This document shows positions 22,836 through 36,381 of a DNA stretch of 57,724 nucleotides, piece after piece (the first letter of the stretch is position 1; every line of letters begins with the position of its first letter). The notes below the pieces were generated by a model. That model saw only the letters and a list, made by a program, of their open reading frames with translations, was not told where the DNA came from and did not search any database. This DNA comes from Catajapyx aquilonaris (lineage: Eukaryota). The stretch covers positions 1-57,724 of the forward strand of contig KZ538630.1 of assembly GCA_000934665.2 (NCBI GenBank). The letters run 5' to 3'. The position numbers and the translations under genes are program-made.

Positions 22836-23270
22836 GTCTTGTGCGTGGGTCACCTGAGGATGTCAGGAAATGATGAAGATAATCACATGTTCTTTGATGA
22901 GCTTATTTTCTTACGTGGACATTGAGACAGGCGTGGAAAATTAGCCGAGCAAAAGTTATGGATCTTTAATTACTTTATTGATGGATGCAAAGTTAGTTTA
23001 AAAAAAAAAAGTTTGTCTCGGCCTGCCAATTACCCGACGAAGTAATTATCCCACTTACTGGCCCTCCCCGTGACGGCACGAAAGCAAATATGGCAAAGTT
23101 GGAAAATATTATTGATGGGTATGGTTCAACGATTTTTGGCCGTCAGAAATAAGGATTTTCGCACATGACATTAAAAATATGATGGGGAATTATGAAATAT
23201 GGAATATGGTCGAGCAGTTATGCGCGACAAGACTAAAACATTGTTTCAGCGGCAACAGATTTTCCAATAT

Positions 23271-23300
23271 AAACAAACAAACAAACAAACAAACAAACAA
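23271..23300. repeat. (AAAC)n microsatellite
   Basis: About 7 tandem AAAC units. Confidence 0.85.
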
Positions 23301-25120
23301 GCAAGTAAATAAATAAATAGATAGAGTGATCCATCTTTCCATCTTTTCCATCTTTTTTCAAAGGTCAGCCTATGTAGCCAGAGCCACAGAAAATGCATAG
23401 TTTTTGCTAACAAAATCCTTTATTACCTTTTTCTGGAACAACTTCATAATCAATTGAAGTATACATTACTTACAATTCCATGGAACTAATCCACTCCATC
23501 TGTTTCAGTAGACATTGTACAATAGTATTAACTTGTATGTCGAAGTTTTCTTTTTTTAATTGAGTGAAACAGTACAAAAACTATTCAAGTGACAAGCTTT
23601 TTAAATCATTTACATAAGTGTCATTGGAGAGTGGCGGAACATATCCATCCAGACATAGTTATTTTAATCATTCGATGGCAGTAACTGTACTGGATCTATC
23701 TCGTATCGTATAGTGAAGCTTCACTTGCACCATATCTCTGCTGTGATTGACACTTGAACCACTTTTGTGCTGAGTCACTCGAATCATTCACTCACTTGGT
23801 AGACAATAATAACAAGCACTGATAAGAGGTAACGATTTTTTAAAAACTATAAATAAGATTGTCTCTTGCGAGCGAAAAAGGAAGATTACTGTGGAATATT
23901 CATATATATTTTTTAAAAGTACAGCATTCCGTTACATGTTTTTCTCCCTTTATTGCACACCAAAAGATTTAAACTGATGATTATCCTCCCTGTACTGATA
24001 ATGTAAATGCAATATTGTAAGCTCAGGAATACAAGAGAGCACAGTTTTGAGTTGTGTGATGAGAGTGTTATATGCAGCTTTTGCATATTCCCAAGATGGA
24101 GAATATTATTATGATCAACATAATGTCAATACTGATGGAGTGAACGGTTGTTATTAATAGTCAACGTCTTTTTTTTAGGTAACGTACAGTATTTCTTCAA
24201 TATACTCTCTCAGGCCTGTTTAAATAGTTCATTTTTTCTTTACAGTCAAGTAGACAGTCGTAATATATTTTTTTTACAGTAAGACAGTATAACGTTATTG
24301 TCCAAATCATGTTAACAACAATGTCTTAAGACACGCGCCTGCAGCTGGGGTTATCAAGGATCAGTCCCTGTTATGGCACCAACAAAAATGCTAAGTACAC
24401 GAAATGATATGTCGTCACCTTTTTTAAACGCTTGAATCGTTGTAATTGACTGACTTATAAGTACAGTAACGTAAAATGCTTGCGTTTCTTCAGACTGACA
24501 GAATATGGCTCTGAATGAAATTTAAGTACGAGATGGTGGCAGAATTATCTATATAGATAACCGGTATGTATATCATTCATATAAACTCACCTTACTGACA
24601 AACTACCTTTACAACAATAGTCTTTCAAACACAACTCTCTGTAGTGTAACGTCGATATTATACAAAGTGCGCGTCCGGCACACTGTTTATAAGTACATTA
24701 CTCCTGCATTCCTTTCTATACGATGTAACTGATTGGAAAACAAACTGAGGGTATTGTATATAGTATGTAAGCCTCTCGCTCGTTTTTCTTTTTGCATGGC
24801 ACATGTAGTATACTCTGTACAATCTGATTTTTTTTTCTCGTCCAGTTATCAGGAGTTGTGATGTGGCAAAAAGGTATCATCGATTTCTACGTGATAGCTA
24901 CAAAAATTGGAGTTCCTAAACCTTATATCACGAGACATTGAGAAGACACGCTAACTCGCAAACCAATTTCCTACATTGTAACAATGAGGGAGTTTTTTTT
25001 TCTTTCTTCTTTCGTTATATACCTGGCCAGATAACGCGATAGGAAAATTTCTGGGGCAGGCATCATACAGGTCAGTCTGACATCAAGAATCAAGTCAAGT
25101 CCACTCCCATTTACTGCTAA

Positions 25121-25291
25121 GGGCTGGTTTGATGAAACTCAGTTAAAGGCTGTTCCTACCGAAAATAATGTATTTTTCAAACGATGCGCCGAATACCTAT
25201 ATAATATGTTTTGGTCCACTGCGCATCGTTGGAGGGAACGGCTCTAGAGTTAACAAACTGGAGATTTAACTGAGGTTCATGAAACCGGACC
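25121..25291. mobile_element. Degenerate PIF/Harbinger-like MITE
   Basis: GGGCTGGTTTGATGAAACTCAGTTAAA ... TTTAACTGAGGTTCATGAAACCGGACC: imperfect 27-bp TIRs; TAA on the left flank. Confidence 0.6.
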
Positions 25292-25864
25292 TCGAACCTC
25301 TTGTCAGGTACTTGGCAGACTCTGTTTGTAGATATCAAAAACCATTTTGAAGTCCAAAATGTGGAGTTGGATGATGCTTGACATTCAGACTATCCTTTGT
25401 TCACGATATACATTCGATGGCACGACTATACTGTGTTGCCGCATTTTTCATCCCATATAAGACTACCTGCCCCTATAGAATGGTTCAGTTCCATCACTTT
25501 ACAAGCTGCTGGTAAAACACATCGAAGCTGTCGGGCAGAAAACAAAAGCGATACCGGTACAACAAAAAATAATAGCTGGATATAACAAACTGGAGCAATC
25601 AGTTGCGGACTAGACCAGTGCTGCGATAAAACACATTTTGCACTAATTTATAATGCCTATTTTAAGGGATCCCACCTGATGGCCAATTTTTTTTTCAACG
25701 GTTTTGTTGAGCTCCATGGCGTTTTGTTGTTGGACAGTTCGAATAATAAGTGAGACTATTTTGAGAGGGGGGGGGGGAAACAAAGAAAAATGTTAGTGTA
25801 GATCCCTAAGAGTTGTTTGTTGCTACGAGATGGTTGGAGCTGCTGCTTGGGAGGCGGGTCCACT

Positions 25865-28800
25865 TTATAAGGATCCGTAGGCGGCCATGATCCCAAGGAA
25901 GAGCGTGACCAGTGGAGCAGCAGTGGTCATCAGGCCCGAATTGCAACTGTCTGCGTTGCATTGGCAGACGATGGTCTTGTATTCCTCAGACACGGTTCGG
26001 TAGCATTCACGGTTCTTGTCGTGCTTCTCCCAGCCACACATACGGAAAATTCGGAGGTCGTCGTTCACTGAGGAAGTTGGTATAAGAGGCGTCGTTAACG
26101 AATATTGTTGCCAAGTCAGTGAGTGAGAATGTTATGACAAAAATTTCAGGTAATGACAAGTAATGAGATTATTATTATGTACAATGATTTTAGAGGTGGT
26201 CTATCTAGGACAATGTACTCTCGTTGATGTTCGTGATGGGTCAGAGTGGGGCGAAATTGTTTGTCAAATGCAGCACGTGCACAAGTGGTTGCGAAGCAGA
26301 CGAACAAAAAGTGTCTCAATAACATGGAGTCGTCTTCGTGCCCCTTGCGAATATATGGTGACTGACTATCATGGCTAGAATTTTGATTATGTTGTAATTT
26401 AGTCAGGTGTGTACGTCTGCCATTTACATTCCTATAAATTTTTTACCGCTTCGTGCAGTGTATGAGCATTAGCCAACTCCTGTAGCGTGCTATGGTTATT
26501 GTCGTACACATGAAATATGCATATACTGCTGTATGCACATAAAAACATTACTGTACTGCTAAGTAAGTGTGCTAATTGCGGATAAATTGTGGCAAAAAAC
26601 TGTCACGACATTTCCACTGAATTAAATGTCGTTTTCAGGGTAGTAAACCGTGCTGGTTTCAAATTGAAGCCAGAGAATTTGGTCGTTTTGGCAAGGCCTA
26701 CGACATTTCTATTTATGGGACTCAAAATAGCCAAGAGGTTAACAGTTCAAGTATATATACACGGGTTTTACTGATTTTTAGCCGACCCTACAGTGCGCTA
26801 TAGCAAAGAAAACGTAAACAGCTCTTGAATGTTCGTTAGGTCCAGAACTTTAGGGCATTGTATTGCAGGAAAGTATATGTTGCTTCTATCTAATCTAATG
26901 AAGGAATGATTCAGGGTCTGAACTTTTTTTGCGAGGGTCAGTGTCAAGGAAATGAGACAGTCATTGCGTATATGGATGGATGAATGATGTGACTTAATTT
27001 CTTTGGGTTTTACACATTTGCTCGATATTTAATGTATAATTATTTAATCGATTTATCCACTTGAAAACATAGGAATGCGTGCACTGAATAAAAAGGCTAT
27101 TTACCTTGCTGCCAGATTTTTCTGCAGAAGAAATCCTTGGGTTCGGCAGGGTTATCTTGCACGCATTCTTTGAGATATCCTGCAGCTTCGGCTTTACTGG
27201 CACTGAAAGGATCATTGCAGCCCGTGGCGTTGCCTTTGTAGCTTTCGCACTGGAAGCATTTCCTGGCTTGTGCTGTGGAAGGAAGAAAGACAATAAGATC
27301 CACACTCAAATGGAAAACAATCTGTTTTCTGATGGGCCTTCGATGGAGGTGCTCAGCTACAAGTGTGTTGTAGAAGGTTCGCGATTTGTTTTATGAGATA
27401 TGTGTATTGTCAAATCATTGAATGCTTCCCGATTGCTTTTGGATGTGTGTTCCACTATCAGAAACAATCGAACTGTGTTGTATTCTACAGAAATTATCAA
27501 CGCGAAGTTGAAGGTATTGCTGGACTGATTACATGAATTTCGGCGTTGCAGTCCTTCATCAGTGGTGATATTCGACAGCTATTTAAAAATTAATTGACAT
27601 CTGTTACGTCCTAAAGAATCGTTAGTAACACTACTGAAGATGGATGAACAAGTAGTGATTTAAGCTAGGATTTAAGCCTTTTCTTGTTTTATTTTTGTAA
27701 GTACGTGATGTAGATAAGAATGTGGAGCTTCAGTATATAGCTCATTCAACTTGCCGACGAGGGTGCCTGATAGTTATCGTTTCAGATATCATATCGTTCC
27801 AATTCACTCTACTCTCGTGCTTCCGGTATGGGATGGACATGCAAGCAGAAAACCTAATTAAATAAGGGACCTGAGTAACAGGGCGTGGTCAGTATCCGTT
27901 CATCAGGTGGCCAATTAAAAACGACCATGAAAAATAAACCACATCAACTTGTTGGCTGGTCCCCATTTTAATCCATAATCACGAATCCAAGTATTTATGC
28001 ATGATTTTTCATTGTAATTTATTGTTTGGTTAATTGTTTTTAATAACGAGGAAAATCAGAGGCTAATGATTATGCTGTAAATTCATTTTCTATCATTCGT
28101 ATGGCGGTTGCATATTTTTTTAAACACGTAACAGGGCCAATTTCTATATAAGTTAGTAAGTGACATTGATAAATACTTGTAAACACCACAACTTTTCCTC
28201 CTGCTGTCCTGCACAGTATAAGAAGAACACTGACGTTCCCCTGTGGTCGTTGCAGATATATAACTGCGGTTATTCAGGGAAAGAAAATTGCTCGACACTT
28301 TTCTACCAGAGCTTTCATCCTGGAAGTTAGTTAATCTGCACATCCCTCTTGTCCTATACCAGGGCCTGCCTATACCCTCCTGACGATTTGCAGGGGGAAC
28401 AGCAAATGCCCATGTTATTCTTTATTTAGAGTATAGGCCTATTTTGTGCACGTTTTCAAGGCTTGTTTCATGCATAGGTTATGAATTTGGTAAGGGAATG
28501 TGTCATAGAGAAAACGTCGATATGCAGTGCTCTTGAGGCTGCAGGAATAGGAGACGGCCATGTTGCTTTTGCCTCCGGGGGGGCCCCAACCAGCATCGGA
28601 TTAAAAGTATCACGTCCCGAGTGTCAATTGCCGGAGGTGCTCGGGGTGATAAATGCGTATTCACGTATGCGAGTCGACAGATCTCTTGACATGTGCTACC
28701 GAGCGTGAGATTCCACCTGTACAATAGAGATGCCCTGCTGCTTATGACGTCTGTGTATATGCTTTTGAAGGGCAGCAGTTTTTTTTTTTTTGCAATTCTC

Positions 28801-29544
28801 CGACCTCTCGCTGCACTTGGTCAGAAGTGTTGATTTGAACCAGGGTCAGAAACCCAGAAGCGAGAGAGCAAGTCTTGCAAGTGCCGACATATGAATTATT
28901 CATACTCTTCTGTCTCTTGGGGGGGGGGGGGGGGGTTTTNACTTGAATATCAATTTTCGTCACATTTGTATAGTCAATCGAAACTGTAGCATCTCCGTAG
29001 AAGCAAGCACCTGCATAATAGTTACGTAAGTTTTAAAGTATGGTAATAGAAGCATCTTGCCGCCTGGAGGTATATTTTTTTTTTCCAGCACTTACGCAAT
29101 CATTTATCAGCTTGCTGTGTACAATGCTACAGAAAAATGTGAAATAATTTCGTTTTGCAAGTACATTCTATAATTATTGGATGATTCTATTGGGTGTGTG
29201 TGTGGGCGGATGGGGGGTGATAGGGGTAGAGTCTAGGCTGAGGTTGGGGGGGAGCTAGTGAATCGAAGTCGTTATTGGGTCATGAGGCTAGCGCTGGCAA
29301 AAAATCGTTAAAACTAGGACTAGACTTTCGGAACTCCGCCGAAAATTCCAGACAAGGTCACACGCGTCGCGAACAATAACCGTGCGAAAATATCGAGTAT
29401 ACGTTTCCCCATCCAATTATCCCTCGAGAGCAACGATCTATTGTGCAATAATAGTAAATGATGGGAGTTGTGCTTACCAGCAGGCATAAGGCACCAGAGA
29501 GCCAGGAGTATCATTGGAAGGACATGGAGGCAGCTGGATGACAT
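25865..29544 (-). CDS. Ly6/uPAR three-finger GPI-anchored protein (atilla/quiver-like paralog)
   Basis: Exons 29544-29478, 27272-27105, 26067-25865 (phase 1). Signal MSSSCLHVLPMILLALWCLMPA; KCFQCESYKGNATGCNDPF...FFCRKIWQQVNDDLRIFRMCGWEKHDKNRECYRTVSEEYKTIVCQCNADSCN with 10 Cys; hydrophobic tail. Confidence 0.9.
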
Positions 29545-30878
29545 GGCTGCTGCAGGATTATTGGAGAAAAAACAGTCGGCAGGAAGAGAGCGAGAGAATC
29601 ACACAAACGGCGAAATGGAGATAGCTAGAGAGAGAGAGAGAGAGGGTAAGGGTAGAAGGGTCGAGAGGGGGAGAGAGAGAGGATTGGTCGGCTTAGAGCG
29701 GCGGCGCCAACACGCACCAAGTAGTACTGGTGCTGCCAAAAGTGATGGGTTTAGGGCTCATATTTACAACAGGGGGAGAAGAAAAAAAAAAAGGCCTTGG
29801 CCTAGACGGTGGGGGCCTTCCACAAAAGTTTTAAGGTATAGCCTCTCCACACAGGCGGCAAGGAATCTATAACTTCCTCGATGTGTCGCAAGAAGAAAAA
29901 AAAAAATTATCGCTGTCCAGGAAGGTAGAGGACGTCATCAGTTTTTTTTGTAGCCGATTTTGCGCGGTATTGGCGCCACCTGATGATATTTCGCGACGGC
30001 GAGGAGGACAGCGCTTATAGCGACTTTGTTTGCAAGCCTGGGAAATGAGTGTAATTTAGGCGGCCTGGTGCAGCTGTGTGCAAATGAAGCAGAAGTTTGG
30101 TGCCCTCCTTTTCGAGTTGTCGATATTTTATGCAAAGTGGGACAAAATGATGGGGGGGGGGGGGGGNNNNNGGGGGGCAAAGATGCACGTTGCAGTTTCG
30201 CGCCGTTTAACATATACTGCACGGGCTGTTATTCATGCTGTATATAAAGAGGAATCCGAAGTTACAGGTCATTCGTCAGAAAATCCCATAAGGGCGACAT
30301 TAAACTCTCCGTATTACGTATGTGTTTTTTTTTAAATCCTTTACATTTTTTTTTGGATGGCACTGTTTCAGTTGAATTTTACGTTCATTTGGGGGAATTT
30401 TGTTTATTGATTGATGGAGTCAGTCGGTTGAACACTTTGCTCAAAAGGCTATAAAAGTAATGAGTGCCAGATAACTTTTGAGGGTGAACATTCCTTACTG
30501 GGTAATAATATACGTACTGTATTATAAGTGTGTATGGTCAAAACATACTAAAACCGATTGTATTTATCTTCACACTGTACTATACTCACAGTGTTTGCCT
30601 ACCAGGATTCCTCAAAGTATTACAAGTCCTGCAGGGTTTGTAAAAATAAAAAAAGAAATAAAGTAAGCAGCCGGAGAAGAACCCTGGAGATAACACACGT
30701 AATCTTTATAACCCACCTATTGCGAGATATAGGGATTAAACTAGGAGGAATGCCGCCAATAAATTGACACGAAATGTGGCTCCGAGCACCAACGACCAAC
30801 GGACCAAAAAGGTGGAGTACTGTCCCATCATTGCACATCTACTTCCACAGGTTCTCTCCAACGAGACTACGGATGCCA

Positions 30879-30912
30879 TTACCAACTTTCGTAACGTTGC
30901 GAAAGTTGGTAA
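30879..30912. repeat. 34-bp near-perfect palindrome
   Basis: TTACCAACTTTCGTAAC|GTTGCGAAAGTTGGTAA with one mismatch and no spacer. Confidence 0.8.
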
Positions 30913-33572
30913 CGGCACTGAATAATTATTCCAAAGTTTGTACCTATTCAAATGCCTGCCTCCTTACGCGAGCACAAGCAGCAGGTGCATCGTTACAACC
31001 CTTTCAGAGTGTAGATTAAGCACTAGGAAAAATCGACTTTCAGATAATTTTTATTGGCACATGCACCAATGCGGAACAACAATGCAATTTGTAATCTGCC
31101 TATGTATAAACAATACTCAATATAGGGCTCACCTGGGCATGAAAATGGTCCAGATATCCAGTATAGTCTATCAGTCGGGAATAATAATATTGGGAGTCAT
31201 GGCCCTGAAGTGATGTAACTCAGCGTGAAGAGTAAAACCCATTGCGTAAGTGGACCCCGAAGCCGTGCGTGTAAATGGCCCTTGGATATGCCAGGGAGCC
31301 TATGAGCGAGTGACGTTGAAATTACATGAGTTGCTTTTCATGCCATGTATTCGAAGGACATGTCCAGGGAGAATGCAACGCCCGGTTCTTGATCTCTGAT
31401 GGATCACACTGACAGTGAGAGAGGTTTTTAGTAGTTATGAAGATAGAACCTGACCGTCCTCAGGAAAATGCGGGCTCACTTTTTTAAAAAAATTAGGCAT
31501 GTGCTGAGGGGGAAAAAAGCTATTTTTGTATAAGTCAAGGGGCGTCGTGCCAGCTTTTTGCCCTTTTATCAAACACAGCCTGCTGCTGCCACACTTGCGA
31601 ATTCCGTCACAAAAGCTAGACATGGAAAGAATATGTTTTGCAGCAGAGTAAATTCTTGTCGGTATAATATGAACAAGGTGTTTAAGCTCACTTGATTAGC
31701 CGTCAGGAACAGCACCTTTGGTTTTTATGTTACGGCTCACCTTGGAGCCAGCTTGCTACTTGGCGTTGAAGTACGTGACTTTATATTGCAGTTAAATTTC
31801 TGAAGGGGAAATTCACTTCACCACAGGGTGCTTCTGGATATTTCAGCATATTGTCGACCAAATGCCATTGGTTTGAAAGGCCAAGATGTGTCTTGGCGGT
31901 AATGACTCTGTTTACGTGTACTTGACATCTCCTTTCCTTTACATACCGTGAAATTAAATTTGCTGTGGACTAATTGGCCGGTTTCCTGTGGAAAGTCGCA
32001 CAAATTGCTTCTCTATATATAGTTCACTGTGGCGCTTGATAATAACTAGACAGAACATAAGGTTTCAACTCAAATAGCATTCCAAGTGGTTCACGATCAA
32101 CTCCTCTATCTAACAGCAATTAATAGAGATTTTTTTTGCATTACACGAATGACACACAGGTCACATGCATATTGATGTATAATCGGTTCAGCTCCGGTGA
32201 AAGCAAGACTATGTACTGTGATGTAATGTGAGATTGAAAATAGCTATTACCTCTTCTTGCAGCCTGAGAAATTGCCGTCAACCACATGGTTTTCTGCTCA
32301 TAATGTTATGCGAAGGGGTATTCACTTCTGGTGATCCAGTGTACACTTTTGTGAGGAGTGACTACCCCCTTGATGCTGTATAATATTCCTCAAGTACAGT
32401 GATGTAGCTCAGGTTACGTGCACCTATAAAGCTGGTCGGTAATTAATTTCACTGCAGCACGACTATAGCAATCCATAATTTGTCAGCCTTTGTAATGAAC
32501 TCAGCAAATAAGCCCTTGCTGATCCTGACGCATTGTTTCCTGCTTACCCTTTGGGACACAGCTCCGGTATGTGGAGGTTTATTGAGTAATTATGTTGTAG
32601 TTGCGTTTTTGTACAGTGTCTTGAATAACACCTTTTATGCCATGTACTCCTAGAGCCTCTGCATCAAGATTGCTCCTCATAGTGCTGTCTATCTGATTTT
32701 GCCTGTCAATACGTACAAATGAGAGGTTTGTTCTGGTTAAAACTATATGGTTGTGTTACACAATGACAGAACCACCTTCAACCAGAACCACGTTCAATAA
32801 TAAGTATCTTTTAACATGTTAGAAGGTCATGTTAATCGCCTTTTCAACGTCCTTTTTTTTACACTCGTAAAAAAAATCATTGGGCGAGGGAGACAGTGAT
32901 ATGCGGAGATTTTGTGACACTGAATTGACCTGAAGTGAGTGACATTTTAAATGACTTAACCCAGTTATCTGAACCAAGTTATACAACTAGTGTAATTGCT
33001 CATGAGATTATTGCAGCCTTGAAATATCTAAAAACGGAGTCCTTGATACTCTTGCAAAAATACTCGGGTAATACCGCGCGCATCTTTTTGTGCCCATGTT
33101 TTGCAACCAATGATAAAACATAGCTGTAGGCGATCTGAATTTATTATCAATGGGGCTCTCACTTATCTTAGTGACATACTACTTGCGTCATTTCGACATG
33201 TATTTATTACGGCGGGTCATTACGACCGTATAAGTTGTAGCGTACGCTCTCTTTTGTATAAGGATTTGTATAAACACCATTTTTCGGGGGAATTGGTTTC
33301 GGACATATCATTATCATCAGAAATGAGGCGGCAAGTACCAGCTCATGTCGGTACAAAAAGTCCTCGACACATATTCTCGGGACGTGCCATTGAAAAGTGC
33401 AGGTAAGTTATAGTGGTGGGGGCCGTCGAGTGACGTCAAGCCCCATGGTATGGTTGGGCAGTTGAAAAGGGTCACGTGACCGGCTTTGGATTTGCCCACC
33501 GGCACACTCAGGAGGGACTTTGGATCGTCTTGAAGGAGATTGTGGCTGTCGTTGGGTGCTGCTGGTGAGACG

Positions 33573-36381
33573 ATGGAGCCCTTCCGGACAATGCTGGTGA
33601 CCAGTGTACTGGTGGTCTTACTTCCTTACTATGGTAAGTTGTCATAATTATGTAGGTTGTGCAATGCGATACACTATCTATGCCATGACATACCGGTGTT
33701 TACGACAAGTTATTGCCCTTCCAGTGCGTGTTGCACAATTGCATAGTGGTAATAGTCATGAAACTCGGTTAGAGAGGCGTTTGAAAAAAAGATCAAACAC
33801 TATATTCGTGTCCTCTCTTGAAATCATGGTGATGCATACATTACACGCGATTTTGTAAAAGGCACGTGATATACTGTGCATACATGGCCTCTGAACAAAA
33901 AAGGAACTTTAAACTAACAGTCTTCTTGTTCTGAAATTGGATACCGAGACGCCTTTCGGTAGGTAATTAGCGTAATTGAACGTGATGTGCGCAAGGAGGA
34001 CATTGCACGTGAACTGAAGCGCAATGTGACCCAGTTTTGCGGCAGTGACTGTGTCCTCCTGAAATTCATGTAATTACTGTAATTTTGTAGCCGAATTTTC
34101 CCGGTGTAACTGTTTACTGGTTATATGGCACCTCAATTAAATATGATAAGGGACGCAATACGACCGATTTCTAAGCCCATATAAAGTAACTTTTGGCTCC
34201 TTGACAATCAGCAGCTTGCGCAATATGATTGTAACAATAAGTAGCACACGGAAATAGTGAATTGCAAATACCTGACGTCACAGGTGCTCATCTCATTACA
34301 TGGAGTAGCTAATTAGCAGAATCGGTCCTAGTAGTTCATGAATGAATTATGGACTGAAAGACCTTGAGAGTGATACACACGCGTTGGGGGGGGAAAAAAA
34401 AAGAAAAGAATAGAAAAGAAAGAAAACAAGATAATCGAGACTGGGAAGTTTAATGTGCTGCTTTGGTTCGTGTCGTCGCGTGATGACATTATTGTTGTGG
34501 AAGAAGCACGCCCTCGAGTCTCCTTGGCACCACTGCCTTCCATTCTTCTCCGTGTAAAAGTGGTGAAGGTTACGTCCGGATTACTTCTTTTTGCTCATTC
34601 CATGGGAGGGAGGGTATATGTTTCGAAACAGCACGTGTCTTGTAGGAAAAGGTGCGTGACGCCTCGAGAACAAAACGTGTGTTCATGTTGAGTACACAAA
34701 ACGTAAAGACACAGTTATTTGAGCAGGTCAGGCTATACACACGCTATAATAGTGAAGTGTGATGAAATGTGGGAAAATCCGACTAGAATGCATTTAAATC
34801 ACTCGTTAATGACAAAATTCTACGTGGCTGTTGTGCTTTCAATCACACGATTCTGCTTAAAGTGACAAGTACGACCTTCCGTCTCGTCTGGCCTGCTGAT
34901 GAGTCCTATTGTAAACTAAACAATGGGACAAGTGCGACTCTCAGCGGTTGTTATTGCATGCCAGGTCCCAATAAGCTTGCAGGTTACTGCCAACTTATGC
35001 GAGTTATGTGTGTAATATGCATGGTGGTGATGCCCTGCACAAGTTCACAGTTCATGAGTAGAGCAAATGAGTTCTATACTCATTTATCTGCGAAAGTCGT
35101 AGCTGAGGGTGAGCCTAGAAAACTTCTCACACTTGAATCTTGCTGTACAAGCAAGCTGATTACGATGTGAAAAGTATAATATAACATTAAAGGGTTATGC
35201 AATTAGCAATAAATCTTGAAGCCATTAATGTCGCCTAGATTCATGATGATTTTAGTGCACGTTCTTTTTTTCATCGGGTGTTGCATGCTGAACTTGCAGC
35301 AACAATAATGCATTGCTTCCGGTTCATGTGCAAGTTATATTGAAGTGGATAGGGCGTAACGTGCTGTGCATCTAAATCCCATCATGGACTCATGAAGCTG
35401 ATTATTATATGACCAGGAAGGAACCAGGATCTTGACATGAAGCGTTGAGTTCCGCCTTTGATTGATGATGACACGGCTTTCCGAGACCGTCCAGCCTGTT
35501 AGCTCGTCGGTTTAGAAAGAGAGAGAGAGAGAGAAAAAAATGTCCTGAAAACTCTTCTGACATGTCCCAATTGTGTTCCTATTGCCGACTTGTCATTTTA
35601 AAGACGTCGGGACAGCTGTTTTTGCTGAACTTTTATTGTTGGAAAGATTCTATCTTGTTTGGCTTGTTGGGTGTGCTGCTGTGGAGCTGCTGTGGATATT
35701 AATATTAATAATGCGCTCTAAAATCAACAGCACGGTAATGCACGGCCTTAATTGCAGAACTAATTTGCGCATTTCCCCCCCCCCCCNNNNNNNNNNNNNN
35801 NNCCATGCAGGTGATGCCATTCGATGTTACGACTGCAACAGCAAAACCGATCAGGGATGTGAAGGTCCCATAGTCGACACCAAGTACGTAAAGGACTGCG
35901 CTGAAGGCATCCAGGGATCCAAGTACACCCTCTGCCGAAAGATTTCACAATGGATTGATTTCAAGTCACAAGACAGTAAGGGTCTCACACTCATTTACTC
36001 AGGGTGGTGCACTGCCAAAGACCACATTCCAATACTGAAGCAACCAGCAGCAATCAGTTTGGTTTCCCTCAGCATTTCTGCTTCTTTAATATTAATTTTT
36101 AGGTCGAGCAGTGCAACACCAAATCGAAATGATACTATATACTATATGGCACTAATGATTCTTCTTTCTTTTCAGTGGAGCCGAATAAGAGGGTGATCAG
36201 GACTTGCGGTTGGGAGGACAAGAAGTACGTGAATGAATGCTACTACAGGGCAGGTCTAGGAGGCAGGCAAGAGGTGTGCACGTGCATAGACGACGGATGC
36301 AACCATGGCTCGACAATGACGCTGGCAAGCTTCATCATGGCTTCGACTCTCATGCTTGTGCTCTGGAGGTTGCTGGAGTGA
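33573..36381 (+). CDS. atilla: Ly6/uPAR three-finger GPI-anchored protein, atilla-like
   Basis: Exons 33573-33633, 35811-35975, 36176-36381 (phase 1). Signal peptide; IRCYDCNSKTDQGC...LCRKISQWIDFKSQDMEPNKRVIRTCGWEDKKYVNECYYRAGLGGRQEVCTCIDDGCN. The CYxRAGxGGRQxVC motif is recalled from atilla orthologues. GPI tail. Confidence 0.85.

Noticed and set aside
35573..36196. 207-aa ORF as a single-exon Ly6 gene
   Set aside because: It reads through introns on both sides of the real exon 35811-35975 and spans an N gap.
6974..36381. Functional coupling between the tRNA-Cys genes and the surrounding Cys-rich genes (cystine knot, Ly6)
   Set aside because: tRNAs act in trans in eukaryotes and nothing in the sequence supports a cis mechanism. 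Treated as coincidence unless synteny proves conserved.
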